A DNA stretch of 64,000 bases, taken from assembly GCA_963812135.1 (NCBI GenBank), contig CAWETU010000001.1, positions 1,984,001 to 2,048,000 on the forward strand. Direction: 5' to 3'. The notes under the pieces were generated by a model. That model was not told the DNA's origin. It saw only the letters and a program-made list of their open reading frames with translations, and searched no databases. The stretch is from Vulcanimicrobiota bacterium (GTDB lineage Bacteria; Vulcanimicrobiota; Vulcanimicrobiia; Eremiobacterales; Eremiobacteraceae). Every line of letters begins with the position of its first letter. The stretch's first letter is position 1. A program made the position numbers and the translations under genes. Positions 9,770 to 20,656 of the stretch are shown here, piece after piece.

Positions 9770-10813
9770 TCAGTGACCAGCCTCGGCGTGGATCTGACGA
9801 ACTTGCGGAATCACTTTGCTCCCGTACAGCTCGATGCAGCGCATGAGCTTCTCGTGCGCGAGCGTGCCCGCGCTGTATTTCATGTCGAAGCGAGCGATGC
9901 CCAGCATCTTCGCGGTCGCCGCGATCTTGCGTGCGACCGTGTCGGGCGAACCGCAGTACAGCGAGCCTCGATCGGCCTCCTGATCGAACTCTGCGCGTGT
10001 GATCGGTCCCCAACCGCGTTCGGCTCCGATCCGGTCGCGCATGACTTTGAACGGCGGCCAGAGCTCGTCTTTCGCCTGCGCGTCAGTGTCGGCGACATAG
10101 CCCGGTGAGTGGACGCCGACCGGCAGCGACGCCATGCCGAGCTGCGCGAGGGCTTTGTGGTACAGTTCGACATACGGCGCGAATCTTTTCGGCTCGCCGC
10201 CGATGATCGCCAGCATCATAGGTAGGCGGTAGCGAGCAGCGCGGACGACGGATTCGGGACTTCCGCCGACGCCGATCCATGTCTTGAGCGATCCTGACTC
10301 GATCGTGGGAAACACGCGCTGGCTCGTCAACGACGACCGCGTATTGCCTTGCCATGTCACCGGCTCTTGCGTGATCAGGGCCGCGAACAGGTCGAGCTTT
10401 TCGGCGAACAGCTCCTCGTACTGGCTGAGATCGTAACCGAAGAGCGGGAAAGACTCGGTAAACGATCCGCGCCCAAGAATGACCTCGGCGCGGCCGCTCG
10501 AAATGGCGTCCAGCGTCGCGAAGCGTTGAAACACACGGACAGGATCGTCCGAGCTGAGCACGGTGACCGCGGAGCCTAGCCGGATGCGCTTCGTGCGCGA
10601 AGCGATCCCGGCCAACACGACCTCGGGAGCCGAGATCGCGAAGTCACCGCGGTGATGCTCGCCGACACCGATGAAATCCACGCCGAGCCTGTCGGCGAGC
10701 ACGGCCTCTTCAACGACGTTGCGGATGACCTGCGCGTGCGACAACAATTTGCCGTCGGGGCCGGCGGTGACATCGCCGAACGTATCCAAGCCGAGTTCCA
10801 GCTGTTGCACCAT
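9770..10813 (-). CDS. LLM-class flavin-dependent oxidoreductase
   Basis: GVGEHHR, GSAVTVLSSDDPVRVFQRFATLD, GRGSFTESFPLFG. Confidence 0.92.
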   Translation of the reverse strand: MVQQLELGLDTFGDVTAGPDGKLLSHAQVIRNVVEEAVLADRLGVDFIGVGEHHRGDFAISAPEVVLAGIASRTKRIRLGSAVTVLSSDDPVRVFQRFATLDAISSGRAEVILGRGSFTESFPLFGYDLSQYEELFAEKLDLFAALITQEPVTWQGNTRSSLTSQRVFPTIESGSLKTWIGVGGSPESVVRAARYRLPMMLAIIGGEPKRFAPYVELYHKALAQLGMASLPVGVHSPGYVADTDAQAKDELWPPFKVMRDRIGAERGWGPITRAEFDQEADRGSLYCGSPDTVARKIAATAKMLGIARFDMKYSAGTLAHEKLMRCIELYGSKVIPQVRQIHAEAGH

Positions 10814-11055
10814 GCCGCGCCACCTTCGCATTGTCCCAGCGTGAGCCTTCGAAGCAGCGGTTCGCGGAAATCCAGGATGCAGAAACTCGAACGCATGCAC
10901 TACGTCCGATCGGAAAACAGACCGAGCGGTATGGATGGAAACGGCGCTCAATCCGCAAACCGAGCCAGCCCGCAGAAAACCCCCGCTATGATTTGAGCAC
11001 GAAAAATGTTCGCTTTGCGTTGAGGGTGCTAGCGGCGGATAGGGAGAGTGAGTAA

Positions 11056-11910
11056 ATGCCGATCTTCAAAACGCGCGATCACACGGAGATCTATTTCAAA
11101 GACTGGGGAGAGGGTCAGCCGATCGTCTTCAGCCACGGCTGGCCGCTGAATTCGGATGCGTGGGAAGACCAGATGTTCTTCCTCTCATCGCATGGCTATC
11201 GTTGCATCGCGCACGACCGGCGCGGCCACGGCCGATCGAGCCAGCCGTGGAATGGCAATGACATGGATACCTATGTCGACGATCTCGCCCAACTCGTCGA
11301 GAAGCTCGATATCAAGGACGCGATACACGTCGGCCACTCGACGGGCGGTGGTGAAGCGACGCGCTACGTCGCTCGTCATGGGAAAAGCAGGCGAGCAGCC
11401 GGCTTGGTCATCGTTGATGGCATACCCCCGCTAATGCTCAAGACGCCGAACAACCCCGCTGGCACGCCGATCGAGGTGTTTGACGGACTGCGCGCGAGCG
11501 TGCAAGCTGACCGCTCGCAGTTCTGGAAGGACTTGAGCGCGCCGTTCTACGGGGCCAACAGAACCGGTTCGAAGGTCTCACAAGGCTTGCGGGACTCGTT
11601 CTGGCTGGACGGTATGCTATGCGGCTACCCCGGCGCGTATCTCTGCATCAAGGTCTTCTCTGAGACCGATTTCACCGAGGATTGCAAGCAGATCGACGTT
11701 CCGACGCTCATCGTGCATGGCGACGACGATCAGATCGTTCCGATCGCGGCGTCGGCGATGCTTTCCTCGAAACTGATCAAGAACTCAGAGCTCAAGATCT
11801 ACAAGGGCGGCCCCCACGGTTTGCCCTCGACGATGAAGGACCAACTCAACAAAGACCTCTTAGAATTCGCGACGCAAAAGGCTGCGTCAAGAACGCTCGT
11901 CGCGCACTAA
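11056..11910 (+). CDS. Non-heme chloroperoxidase-like alpha/beta hydrolase
   Basis: [20 protein letters not shown] nucleophile elbow, HGDDDQIVP. Confidence 0.92.
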   Translation: MPIFKTRDHTEIYFKDWGEGQPIVFSHGWPLNSDAWEDQMFFLSSHGYRCIAHDRRGHGRSSQPWNGNDMDTYVDDLAQLVEKLDIKDAIHVGHSTGGGEATRYVARHGKSRRAAGLVIVDGIPPLMLKTPNNPAGTPIEVFDGLRASVQADRSQFWKDLSAPFYGANRTGSKVSQGLRDSFWLDGMLCGYPGAYLCIKVFSETDFTEDCKQIDVPTLIVHGDDDQIVPIAASAMLSSKLIKNSELKIYKGGPHGLPSTMKDQLNKDLLEFATQKAASRTLVAH

Positions 11911-11925
11911 CACAACGCGCCGCTG

Positions 11926-11955
11926 CTCCACCGCGGCGATATCGCCGCGGTGGAG
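11926..11955. repeat. Perfect 30-bp palindrome between co-oriented genes
   Basis: CTCCACCGCGGCGAT|ATCGCCGCGGTGGAG. Confidence 0.85.
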
Positions 11956-11983
11956 AGCCTACGACGCGGAGACGCCGCACCAC

Positions 11984-12367
11984 ATGCTCCACCTCGCACA
12001 GTTCACCGACTACGCCCTGCTCTTTCTGAGACTGATGGTCGGCGCCACTTACATCAAAAGCGGCTATAGCGATCTTAAGGATTCGGACGCGCGCAGCAAG
12101 AGCATCGGAATGTCGAAGGGCTTCACGATCTTTCTCGCCGCGGCAGAGCTCGCGGGCGGTGCCGGACTTGTCGTGGGCGTGCTCCAGCAGCTCGCCGCGA
12201 TCGGTCTGATTTTGATCATGCTCGGCGCGATCCAGAAAAAGATCTTCGTCTGGAAGACCGGGTTCTGGGGCGATGATGGGTTCGGCTGGTCCTACGACCT
12301 GACGTTGATCTCCACGCTTTTCGTCATCCTGTTCACTGACGGCGGCAGATTTGTTCTGCTACCCTGA
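11984..12367 (+). CDS. DoxX family membrane protein
   Basis: LFLRLMVG, AELAGGAGL, GWSYDL pattern. Confidence 0.8.
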   Translation: MLHLAQFTDYALLFLRLMVGATYIKSGYSDLKDSDARSKSIGMSKGFTIFLAAAELAGGAGLVVGVLQQLAAIGLILIMLGAIQKKIFVWKTGFWGDDGFGWSYDLTLISTLFVILFTDGGRFVLLP

Positions 12368-12371
12368 TCGC

Positions 12372-12801
12372 TTAGGCTTCGTACGGCGCGCCATTCCCGG
12401 TCGAGCAGTAGTCGTCCAGACTGTTGAGATAGTACCCCCAGCTGAAATTGTAGACGCCGTAATAATCGTCCGCGAGCTCGACGGCGTAATATTGCCAGAA
12501 TCGTAGACGCGTGTGGCTCTCGTCGGTCGCTTCGAGATCGAACCTGAACGTGCTGTCGGTCCAGTTGTCGTGGCCGCCGACGCATCGCCACAGCAGGTGT
12601 TTTGTTCGCCTGCAGCTCTTCGATCTTCATGTCGGGATTGAAGTCGCTGTGGAACGTGAAGTGCACGACCGCTCCGACCGCGGCATCGGGCGCCGAGACT
12701 TTCGTGCTCCACCACGATGCCAGGCCACGCTGCGTCGTCAGCGCGGCCCAGACCGCGTCGGGTTTGGCCTCGATGTCGAGGACGTGATGGATCGTCTTCA
12801 T
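12372..12801 (-). pseudogene. SRPBCC/AHSA1-like protein with a 1-nt frameshift (real or sequencing error)
   Basis: VWAALTTQRGLASWW N-terminus. Removing one base from the T4 run at 12600-12603 continues as HLLWRCVGGHDNWTDS...WGYYLNSL...GAPYEA*. Confidence 0.75.
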
Positions 12802-14538
12802 GGGACGCTCGTCATCGGCGGCTGCTTCCACGCGCCGCTCAGAATAGCGTCTTTCGGCCAATAGCAACGCAGGATGACCAGAAACGGCCCTGCAGGTGCC
12901 GGCAGCCAGTTGGATTCCTTGTCCTTGCCCGGCGAGTCGTGTTGGAAGTACAGCGTGATGCCGCCGTCGGCATCCTGTTTGAGGGTTGGGAGCATTGGCG
13001 AGTTGATGAGATAGCGATTGATCGGATTGGCGACGAGCAGCTGCTGCGGAAGATCGTATATCGTCAGCGACCAAAAAGCGTGGACCGGGGGAAGGCCGTC
13101 TTTCGCGAAATGGACGATGTACTTGTTCGTGCCTACCAGCGGTTTGCCGTCCGCGTCCCTCTGGTAACCGAGATACACCGCCTCGGCCGCCGTGTTGCCA
13201 AGGATGCCGTATTGCGCACCGACCGCACGGTTCAGGTAGTTGTCATGCATCTGAGCGCGCGTGCCGAACAGATCGTTGGCTGAGGTGCTGGCCGCTCGCG
13301 CTGCGTCGATCTCCTTTTGACCGGCCGCCATCCCGGCGCTAAGTTCAGCTTGGCGCGCCGTCGACAAGGACGCCGGATCGAATGGCTTGTCCGGCACGAT
13401 GCCGATGCTCGCCATGTGCTCGCGAAATATGACCTCGCTCGGAGCGGTAGGGCAGAACCGCAATACGAACGCCAGAACATTGAAGAATTTCAAGGAAGTG
13501 CGTTCATCGTTCGGCGGCAGCGGCGCAATCCACGTGATCGAGGGTGGAACCTCCGGCCCCGGTGCGTTTAGGTAGACAGAAAGCGGGCGCACCACATACC
13601 CAGCTTGAATTTTTTTGACGTTATCCAGATCCGCTGGGCCGAACAATTGAGTCCGGATGAGGGCGATGGCGAACTCTGTCTCCGAGCGCACCAACTTCTT
13701 GATCCCTTTGGGGATCGAACCGCGCCATTCCGGACCGGCGATCAAGAAATCGCCACCCGAGTTGCCCGTGGTGCGCGATCCCAGGTAATCGAAATTGAAC
13801 GTGTACTGGTCAACGAGTTGGACGGAGTAATAGCGGCTCTGCTCGATAGCCGGTAGCGTGAGCACCAGAGGCTGCACGCGCAAGTCGAGCGCGATGAACG
13901 AATATGGCGTGTCTGAGTTGGGCGTTTGAACGGTCGTATCCGCGGGCGTGTAGACGCTCGCGGTGTTGTAGACGAGGTTGAACGACGTCTTGTACGCCGG
14001 GCTCTTCGGATCGATGAAGTAGCCGAACATGATCCGATAAAGGTCGACCATAGGGAAACCGTAGATGTACGCTTGCTTGGCGATGTCTTTTGGTTGAATA
14101 AAAATCACCGCCCGAGTTGCCAGTGGTGCGCGATCCCAGGTAATCGAAGTTGAACGTGTATTGGTCCACCAGCTGGACGGAATAGTAGCGGCTCTTCTCG
14201 ATGGCCGGCAGCGTGAGCACCAAAGGCTGCACGCGCAGATCGAGCGCGACGAACGAATATGGCGTGTCTGAGTTTGGCGTCTGGACGGTCGTATCCGCCG
14301 GAGTGTAGACGCTCGCAGTGTTATAGACGAGGTTGAACGATGTCTTGTACGCCGGGCTCTTCGGATCGATGAAGTAGCCGAACATGATCCGATAAAGGTC
14401 GACCATAGGGAAACCGTAGATGTACGCTTGCTTGGCGATGTCTTTTGGTTGAATCGGGGTGGCCGATTGCGCCGCTTGCGCCGTTGATGAGAGACAGAGG
14501 ATGGCGACGGCGATCGTCAAGATCCGAGCAACAGTCAT
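12798..14538 (-). pseudogene. DUF1254/DUF1214 secreted protein disrupted by an out-of-frame 355-bp internal duplication
   Basis: Signal peptide, AYIYGFP, TPNSDTPYS, FWSLTIY, NWLPAP; SD AGGAG before ATG 14538. Confidence 0.8.
13745..14454. repeat. Tandem 355-bp duplication (13745-14099 / 14100-14454)
   Basis: Manual alignment: about 26 mismatches, nearly all synonymous; 13987-14099 is identical to 14342-14454. Confidence 0.9.
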
Positions 14539-14703
14539 TCGCGGACTCCTCTTAATGGTCGTCATTGATTTTGCAAAAAGGGGAATTGGACAGAGGGGAT
14601 GAGACCACCAGCCGCACCTTGCCCTAAGAGCACGTAGCATCTGAGCAGGGCGACTTCGCGAGCGCACAAAACATCTTCGCGCCTGTGAATCGACTTGCCT
14701 GAT

Positions 14704-15696
14704 ATGAAAGGTACCCGCGGGTACGCACTGCTCATCACTGCGCTCCACGCGCTGGGCATCGCGTTGCTCCTGCCCGTCGTCGTCGCGCATCCGGCCGTGC
14801 TCGGCATCGGCTTTTTGGCGTACACGTTGGGTCTGCGTCACGCCTTTGACGCCGACCACATCGCGGCGATCGACGGCGTGGTGCGCAAACTCGTGCAAGA
14901 GCGGCGCGATCCCTTGGGCGTGGGATTCTTCTTCTCCCTAGGGCATTCGACGGTGGTCTTCGTGCTCGCGCTGGCGATGGTGGCCCTCACCCGCGCAGCC
15001 ACGTCGTTGCCGGCCTTGCGCGAAATCGGCGGATTCGCGGGCATGTTGATCTCCGGCGGGTTCTTGGTCCTGATCGGCATCATCAACCTGATCATCTGGT
15101 TCGACATCCTGGTGCTTTTCCGCAAAATGCAACACGCGCCCGATGCAGGCAAAGGCGCGCTTGACGGCGTCTTGACCGCCGGCGGCATCGTGGCGCGTTT
15201 CGCCAAGCCGCTCTTCGCGCTCGTGAAGTCATCACGCCAAGCATATCCCATCGGCTTCCTGTTCGGCCTCGGCTTCGATACGGCGAGCGAGATCGCGCTA
15301 TTGGGCATCGCGGCGGCGGCGGCCGCCACGGCACTGCCGTTCGTGAACGTATTGGCGCTGCCGCTGCTGTTCGCGGCCGGCATGACGTTGATGGACACGC
15401 TCGACGGCGTGTTCATGACACGCGCGTATCACTGGGCGTTCTCAACGCCGCTGCGCAAAATCTATTACAACCTGACCGTGACCGCGCTGTCGGTGGTGGC
15501 AGCGCTAGCGATCGGCGGGCTCGAGCTAGTTTCAGTTCTTGGGCGCACGCTGGGCACGACATCCGGTTTTTGGGCGAGCACGCAACAGGTGGATTTCGGG
15601 TCTGTCGGCTTCGGACTGGTGGTGCTGTTCGCGCTGACATGGCTATTGGCCGCCGGCGTGTGGCGCTTCGGCAGGTTTGAGGAGCGCTCTACGTAA
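14704..15696 (+). CDS. NiCoT (HoxN/HupN/NixA) nickel/cobalt permease
   Basis: RHAFDADHI signature, FSLGHSTVV, LFGLGFDTASE. Confidence 0.93.
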   Translation: MKGTRGYALLITALHALGIALLLPVVVAHPAVLGIGFLAYTLGLRHAFDADHIAAIDGVVRKLVQERRDPLGVGFFFSLGHSTVVFVLALAMVALTRAATSLPALREIGGFAGMLISGGFLVLIGIINLIIWFDILVLFRKMQHAPDAGKGALDGVLTAGGIVARFAKPLFALVKSSRQAYPIGFLFGLGFDTASEIALLGIAAAAAATALPFVNVLALPLLFAAGMTLMDTLDGVFMTRAYHWAFSTPLRKIYYNLTVTALSVVAALAIGGLELVSVLGRTLGTTSGFWASTQQVDFGSVGFGLVVLFALTWLLAAGVWRFGRFEERST

Positions 15697-15706
15697 CGCG
15701 CCCCGG

Positions 15707-16972
15707 TCAGTACGAGTCGGGCGGTACGTTTGAGGGCGGCATCGCCGTTAGGTCAGCGCTGGTCATCGACGTTTCAACGCTGACAAATGGGCGCGGCGTT
15801 TGCGAAAAATCGAAACAGTCGGAGAGATCATCCGCGCGGCGGTCAGTCGTGCCGATCACCGGCAAGCCGAACACCGTCTCCGTGAACTTGAGGATGCTGC
15901 CGAATTCATGGCGATGGTGCGAGACGTAGCCGCGCTTCGCGTAGGGTGAGATGACGATCATGGGCACGCGAAACCCAAGCCCCATCGCGTCGAGTTGCGG
16001 CGGCGCCACGTGATCGTACCAACCTCCCCAATCATCCCAGACCACGATCATCACGGTCGACTTCCAGAGCGGGCTCTTGCCAAGCGCATTCGCGATCGAT
16101 GCGACCCATTGCGGCCCTAGGTCGGTCCGAGCGGCGAGCGCGCGCCCGCCGATCCCGTACTGCGAGTGATCGGAGCTGCGAAAGTCGGGCGTCACCCATG
16201 ACACCGCCGGCAGCGTTCCCGCGGCGATGTCTGCGAGCACCCGCGTCTGCGGCGTGACCACGTTTGCGCCCCAGTCGCTCCCGTACCGGATATGCTTTAT
16301 GGCGTCGAATGCCGACCAGATGGAGCCGAGATCGTTCGACGTGGGCGCGTACGAGCGCCACGAGATGTGGTGCGCATCGAGCACGTCGGCGAGCGTGGGA
16401 TAGTCGAAGCAAGGAAAGACTCTTCTGCCGTCCGCGCCGTTGGGACCAAGCAGCGCGACCGTCACGCCTTTAGGCGAATCGCATCCCCACCAAAACACGT
16501 CGCTCGCGGTTCTATTGGGATTGTCGACGGCCGTGCCGGATTCGCCCGAGATCAGATACTGATGTGCGGGAAAACTCGGCCCACCGACCGATTCGAACGT
16601 CTCGTCGGCAAAGGTGTACGTGCGAGCGAGCGTCCAGTATGGTTTGGTTTCGCTTTGCGGCACAAACGCATACGGGTAGTCGCCGTCTCGTTTCGGCAGC
16701 GTGCCGATGGTGTTAAAGCCGTCCATCTTCCCGCGGTCATACGAATTGAGGAACGTCTGACGAGCATGGTCGACGTCGACGGGATCATTCAGGCTTACTG
16801 TATGAAGCCGGACAATCGACCCGTCGTGGCGCTTGCCGGTTTGCGCCGTATCCGCGCCCGGAAAGCCGTTGAAGAGATTGTCGACGCTCCGGTTTTCTTG
16901 AATGACGATGATCACGTGTTGGATCGTCTGGGAGGGAAGCGCAAGCAGCGCGAACACGATGGCGAATATCAT
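15707..16972 (-). CDS. Secreted phosphoesterase (phospholipase C/acid phosphatase family)
   Basis: [41 protein letters not shown]. Confidence 0.9.
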   Translation of the reverse strand: MIFAIVFALLALPSQTIQHVIIVIQENRSVDNLFNGFPGADTAQTGKRHDGSIVRLHTVSLNDPVDVDHARQTFLNSYDRGKMDGFNTIGTLPKRDGDYPYAFVPQSETKPYWTLARTYTFADETFESVGGPSFPAHQYLISGESGTAVDNPNRTASDVFWWGCDSPKGVTVALLGPNGADGRRVFPCFDYPTLADVLDAHHISWRSYAPTSNDLGSIWSAFDAIKHIRYGSDWGANVVTPQTRVLADIAAGTLPAVSWVTPDFRSSDHSQYGIGGRALAARTDLGPQWVASIANALGKSPLWKSTVMIVVWDDWGGWYDHVAPPQLDAMGLGFRVPMIVISPYAKRGYVSHHRHEFGSILKFTETVFGLPVIGTTDRRADDLSDCFDFSQTPRPFVSVETSMTSADLTAMPPSNVPPDSY

Positions 16973-16997
16973 GACGGCGTACCTCCACCGTTTTAGG

Positions 16998-18876
16998 TCA
17001 CTTGTACGTCGGACTTGAGATGCTGATGCTGATGTTCGCCGCGCCCTTATTGCAGGTCAGCGTCGTGCCATCGCTGTGAAGTTCGCAGATCTGCGTCACC
17101 GTCGCGAAATTGTACGGGCCCAGGCTGGGGTTGGCGACAGACGTGTATTCCCATGGGATGAGCGCCTTGATATATCCGTGGGGGAACGTCGTACTCGGCT
17201 GCGCTCCAGACCACACGTCGTCCGTCAACATGAGCAAACCGCCCTTCCCTGAGACATACGATCTCACTTGCGTCCATGGCGGGTTCAGGAGTGGCGAACC
17301 CGTTCCGGTCAAGTGCCAGAGATTGTTCTGCCACGAATAGTATCCCGTCGCCGTGAACTGCGCGTCCCTCTCGCGCACCTTTATGTATTGGAATGACACC
17401 GTGTCGGGCTGGAGATACACGTTCGCGTAGAAGCCGACGCCCGGGTATCCTTGCACGTGATGAAAGTCGCTCGGCGCCGGGGGCGGGGTGGCCTGGGTCG
17501 CAGGGACGACCTCGAACAACGGCTGACTCGGCGCCAAAACGTTGAACGTGATCGTCGCCGTCGCGTGCGTGACGGTGTCTTGCGCTTCGATCGTCACACC
17601 GCTTGCCGCCGTGATAGGCGCCGTGTACGTGACTGTCTTGCCGCTGGTCGAGGAGAGCTTCCCTTGGCCGCTCGCGTTCGTCCAATGGGCGCTGGCTCCG
17701 GAGAACGTGAGCGTCACCGGTTCGGCGACTCCCAGATCCAGGCGCGCTCGGTTTGCCGGCTCGGTCGCGACGGTTTCTGATGGTGATCGTCGCGGACGGC
17801 GAGGGCGACGGCGTCGGAACAGGATTGCCGTTCGGCTGCGGCGCTTGCGTCAGCGGTTGCACGGAGTCGGTCCCTGGATTGTTCACGACGTTCGAAAAGG
17901 GAACGGGAGCGCCGGCGCCCGGGGGACCCAGACCGATCGTGCGCGTGCTGCTGACCTGATCCGCGGCGAGGACGCGCACTTCATAGGTGCCGGGCGTCGC
18001 GAAGTTGCCGGTGGTCACGAAGCGCACGTAGACCCGAGCGGAGTATCGGCTCCAAGGCGTCTCGCCTGACGCACTGCGTTCGGGCGGCGCGAATGGGACC
18101 AGTTCTCGGACGAGCTCGTCGAACGTGGGCGGAGGCTGCATCATCTCGTCGCGCAGCTGCTGCATCTGGAGAATGGCCTGGCCCGTCGGGCCGAGGCGGC
18201 TCAGTGCACCGTCGAAGGACGGCATTCCCGGAACTTTTGCGGCGACTTGGTCGTACTGCGCCCGGATGCTCGTGTAGACGTCGGCATTGAGGCGAGAGCG
18301 AAAATCGGGGATGACGCGATCGACGATCGCGCGCTGGGCGCTCGGCATCGCGCTGTAGGGCAGACCGGCCTGGATCTCCCACGACAGGACCTGCAGCGCG
18401 CTGTGATTGAGGGCGAATGACGGGGCGCGCGCGTTGAGCGCTCTGAAGATGTCGGCGGCCGCGCCGCGCAGCGGCGCGACCAGATAGCGGTGTCCGGTCG
18501 GGCTGTGCGCGTGCGCCTTCATGCAGAAGACGTCGACTGTGAACGTATAATCGCCCGGCGGCAACAAGACCGTTCCGTCGACCGAATTGCGCAGCGCCGC
18601 GGTGAGGTTGGGCGGGGCGCCGGACGTGAACGGCGCGCCCGGCAAAGGCGCAGTCGGGTAGGCATCGCTGGGCGACACCACGACCGGCAGTTGAGCGCCG
18701 ATCGTCTTGCCGAACGAGGAGAGCGCGGCACGAACCGCGGCGTCCTGCGCAGCGCCGGCCGGATTTGGAAACGGGAATTGCGCAACGCTCGCCGTGGACA
18801 TCGCAAGCACGAGCGCGCAGCTCGCGATCAACGCGAGTGCCAATGCCGCGCGGACCTTCACCGCAAGCCGCCGCAT
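16998..18876 (-). pseudogene. Secreted hypothetical protein, frameshifted near 17781
   Basis: Signal peptide, P/S/T linker (PTPSPSPSAT); the coding frame switches to SETVATEPANRARLDLGVAEPVTLTFS and continues to the stop at 16998. Confidence 0.65.
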
Positions 18877-18918
18877 GGCGAGCGTTTCGTCACGCGGAGA
18901 ACGAGCGCCTCGCCAATG

Positions 18919-19068
18919 TCAAGCTCGCCGCGAGATGGCAAAGCGGAACGTGATGAAGGCTATCGCAGTCCTGATCCACGCGAGCAACGTGCGTTCTTCG
19001 GGGAGCCACGTGCGATCTGAGCAGTCTTGTCGAGTAATCGATTCGTCGGGGTCCGGCGGCTGCTTCAT
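18919..19068 (-). pseudogene. Truncated DUF202 (YidH-like) remnant
   Basis: 49-aa ORF containing ERTLLAWIRTAIAFITF; stops after the first TM. Confidence 0.6.
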
Positions 19069-19865
19069 CGCCCCTTGGGCGGCGCCGGCGAGCGTTCAAT
19101 AGCCTCGCTCTTGCCCTCGTACGTCGCGATCTCTTGCGCGAGGATCGGTACGCCCGAATCCAACGCGTTCGCGCCTTGTGAGACGCATAGCTTCAGAACC
19201 GTCATGATCTCCTCGGCGGTTGCGCCGAGCGCAAGCGCCGCCTTGATATGGCGACGCGTGCCAGGCGCATACATGTGGGTGATGGCCGCGTCGAAGGCGA
19301 TGCTGATGAGCTCCATGAACTTCGGCGGGAAGACGCCGGCTGTATAAACGGCTGCGCCGGACGCGAAGAACTGGTCCGTCCAAACGGGATCAAGGTCATA
19401 AAACGGGTCCCAGGCCGTGTTCCATTGCCCAATGGCACGCATTTGGTCACACGCGGGTGTCGGCTGCTTCGGCGCTGGCGATGACGCCGGCTTACCGGCC
19501 GCTTTCAGCTCCTCAAGGAGGATCGGCGCGCCCAAGCTCATCGAGTGTATCGAGATGCTCGCCGCCATCTTGAGCACTTCGAGGATCTCTTTTTGCGTCG
19601 CGCCTCCATGCAGCGCTGCCCGAATATGGCGGCGCAATGCGGCGCCGTCGAGATCGGTGATCGAGGCGTTGAGGCCGACGGCGATCAGCTGAATGTCTTT
19701 CGCGGACAGCGCGCCGTTGGTCCACGGGTTGATCGCCATCGCGGCGTACTTTTCGGTCCATTGCGGGTCCCACTCGCGCAGCAGATCGAGCGCTTTTGCC
19801 CATCGGCCAGCTTCTGCCACGGCTTCGATCGCAGGCGTCGCGCCCGTCGGTGTGCTCGAACTCAC
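19065..19865 (-). CDS. Carboxymuconolactone decarboxylase/AhpD-like protein, two tandem domains
   Basis: Duplicated RRHIxAALxxGATxxEI motif. Confidence 0.85.
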   Translation of the reverse strand: MSSSTPTGATPAIEAVAEAGRWAKALDLLREWDPQWTEKYAAMAINPWTNGALSAKDIQLIAVGLNASITDLDGAALRRHIRAALHGGATQKEILEVLKMAASISIHSMSLGAPILLEELKAAGKPASSPAPKQPTPACDQMRAIGQWNTAWDPFYDLDPVWTDQFFASGAAVYTAGVFPPKFMELISIAFDAAITHMYAPGTRRHIKAALALGATAEEIMTVLKLCVSQGANALDSGVPILAQEIATYEGKSEAIERSPAPPKGR

Positions 19866-19890
19866 GTCAGTCCTCCCAGCTTGGCGATAA

Positions 19891-20196
19891 CTAGATCGAA
19901 ACGAGGATCTTCCCGGCTTCGACTTTCACTTCGTATTTCGCAACGCCGACGGCCGAGTTGCCGACGACCTTGCCCGTCGTCACGTCGAACTTCATCCCAT
20001 GAGCGCGGCACGTCACGACGTTGCCCTCAAATCGTCCCCACCCTAATGACGCGCCGGCGTGAGCGCAGGAATCGTCGATGGCGTATATGTGTCCGTCCAC
20101 GTTGAACACCGCCACGTCCCTGCCGTCCACCGTGGCGGTCGTGCCCTTGCCGGGCGGCAGTGCCTCGACTTTCATGACTTCGACAAAATTCGGCAT
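19891..20196 (-). CDS. Rieske [2Fe-2S] ferredoxin
   Basis: CAH...CRAHG ligands. Confidence 0.9.
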   Translation of the reverse strand: MPNFVEVMKVEALPPGKGTTATVDGRDVAVFNVDGHIYAIDDSCAHAGASLGWGRFEGNVVTCRAHGMKFDVTTGKVVGNSAVGVAKYEVKVEAGKILVSI

Positions 20197-20197
20197 T

Positions 20198-20587
20198 TCA
20201 GATCTCTGCTTCCAGCGGCGGAAACGCTTTCGGGTCCGGCTGGAAAAGCGCGAAGACATTGCCCTGGGGATCCTCGGCAACCGCGTACCAGCCCGTCTTC
20301 GGTACCGCCGTCTTCGGATGCACTACCTTGCCGCCGAGCTGTTGCAGCCGCTCCAACCTTTCGTCCAACGAATCGACATGCACGTAGTGCACCCAGCTGC
20401 GTGGTCCCTCGATAGGCCGATGCAGTAATCCGCCGCGAATCGCGCCTGGCTGCGGCGCCGTCTCGATGAAGAAATAATCCACGCCGACCGCCTTCTCGAT
20501 GTGCCAATCGAACAGCGTCCGGTAGAACTCCACGAGTTTCTCCGGCTCGTCTGCATAGATCTCGAAATGCGTCACTGAGTCGGCCAC
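20198..20587 (-). CDS. VOC/glyoxalase family protein
   Basis: HFEI, FYRTLFDW, DPQGNVFAL; SD GGAGG. Confidence 0.9.
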   Translation of the reverse strand: MADSVTHFEIYADEPEKLVEFYRTLFDWHIEKAVGVDYFFIETAPQPGAIRGGLLHRPIEGPRSWVHYVHVDSLDERLERLQQLGGKVVHPKTAVPKTGWYAVAEDPQGNVFALFQPDPKAFPPLEAEI

Positions 20588-20602
20588 GATACCTCCGATG
20601 GC

Positions 20603-20632
20603 GAGGCCCCGTTCGTCGCGAAGCGGGGCCTC
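20603..20632. other. Intercistronic GC-rich hairpin
   Basis: GAGGCCCCG...CGGGGCCTC inverted repeat, no U-tract. Confidence 0.55.
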
Positions 20633-20656
20633 CCGGTACGGACGCTGCGTTGCGCG

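Noticed and set aside
14560..14703. NiCo riboswitch or leader peptide upstream of the NiCoT gene
   Set aside because: CTGAGCAGG resembles the NiCo 5' strand, but the 3' GTGGGACAG-like partner is absent. The 12-codon ORF at 14599 has no properly spaced SD.
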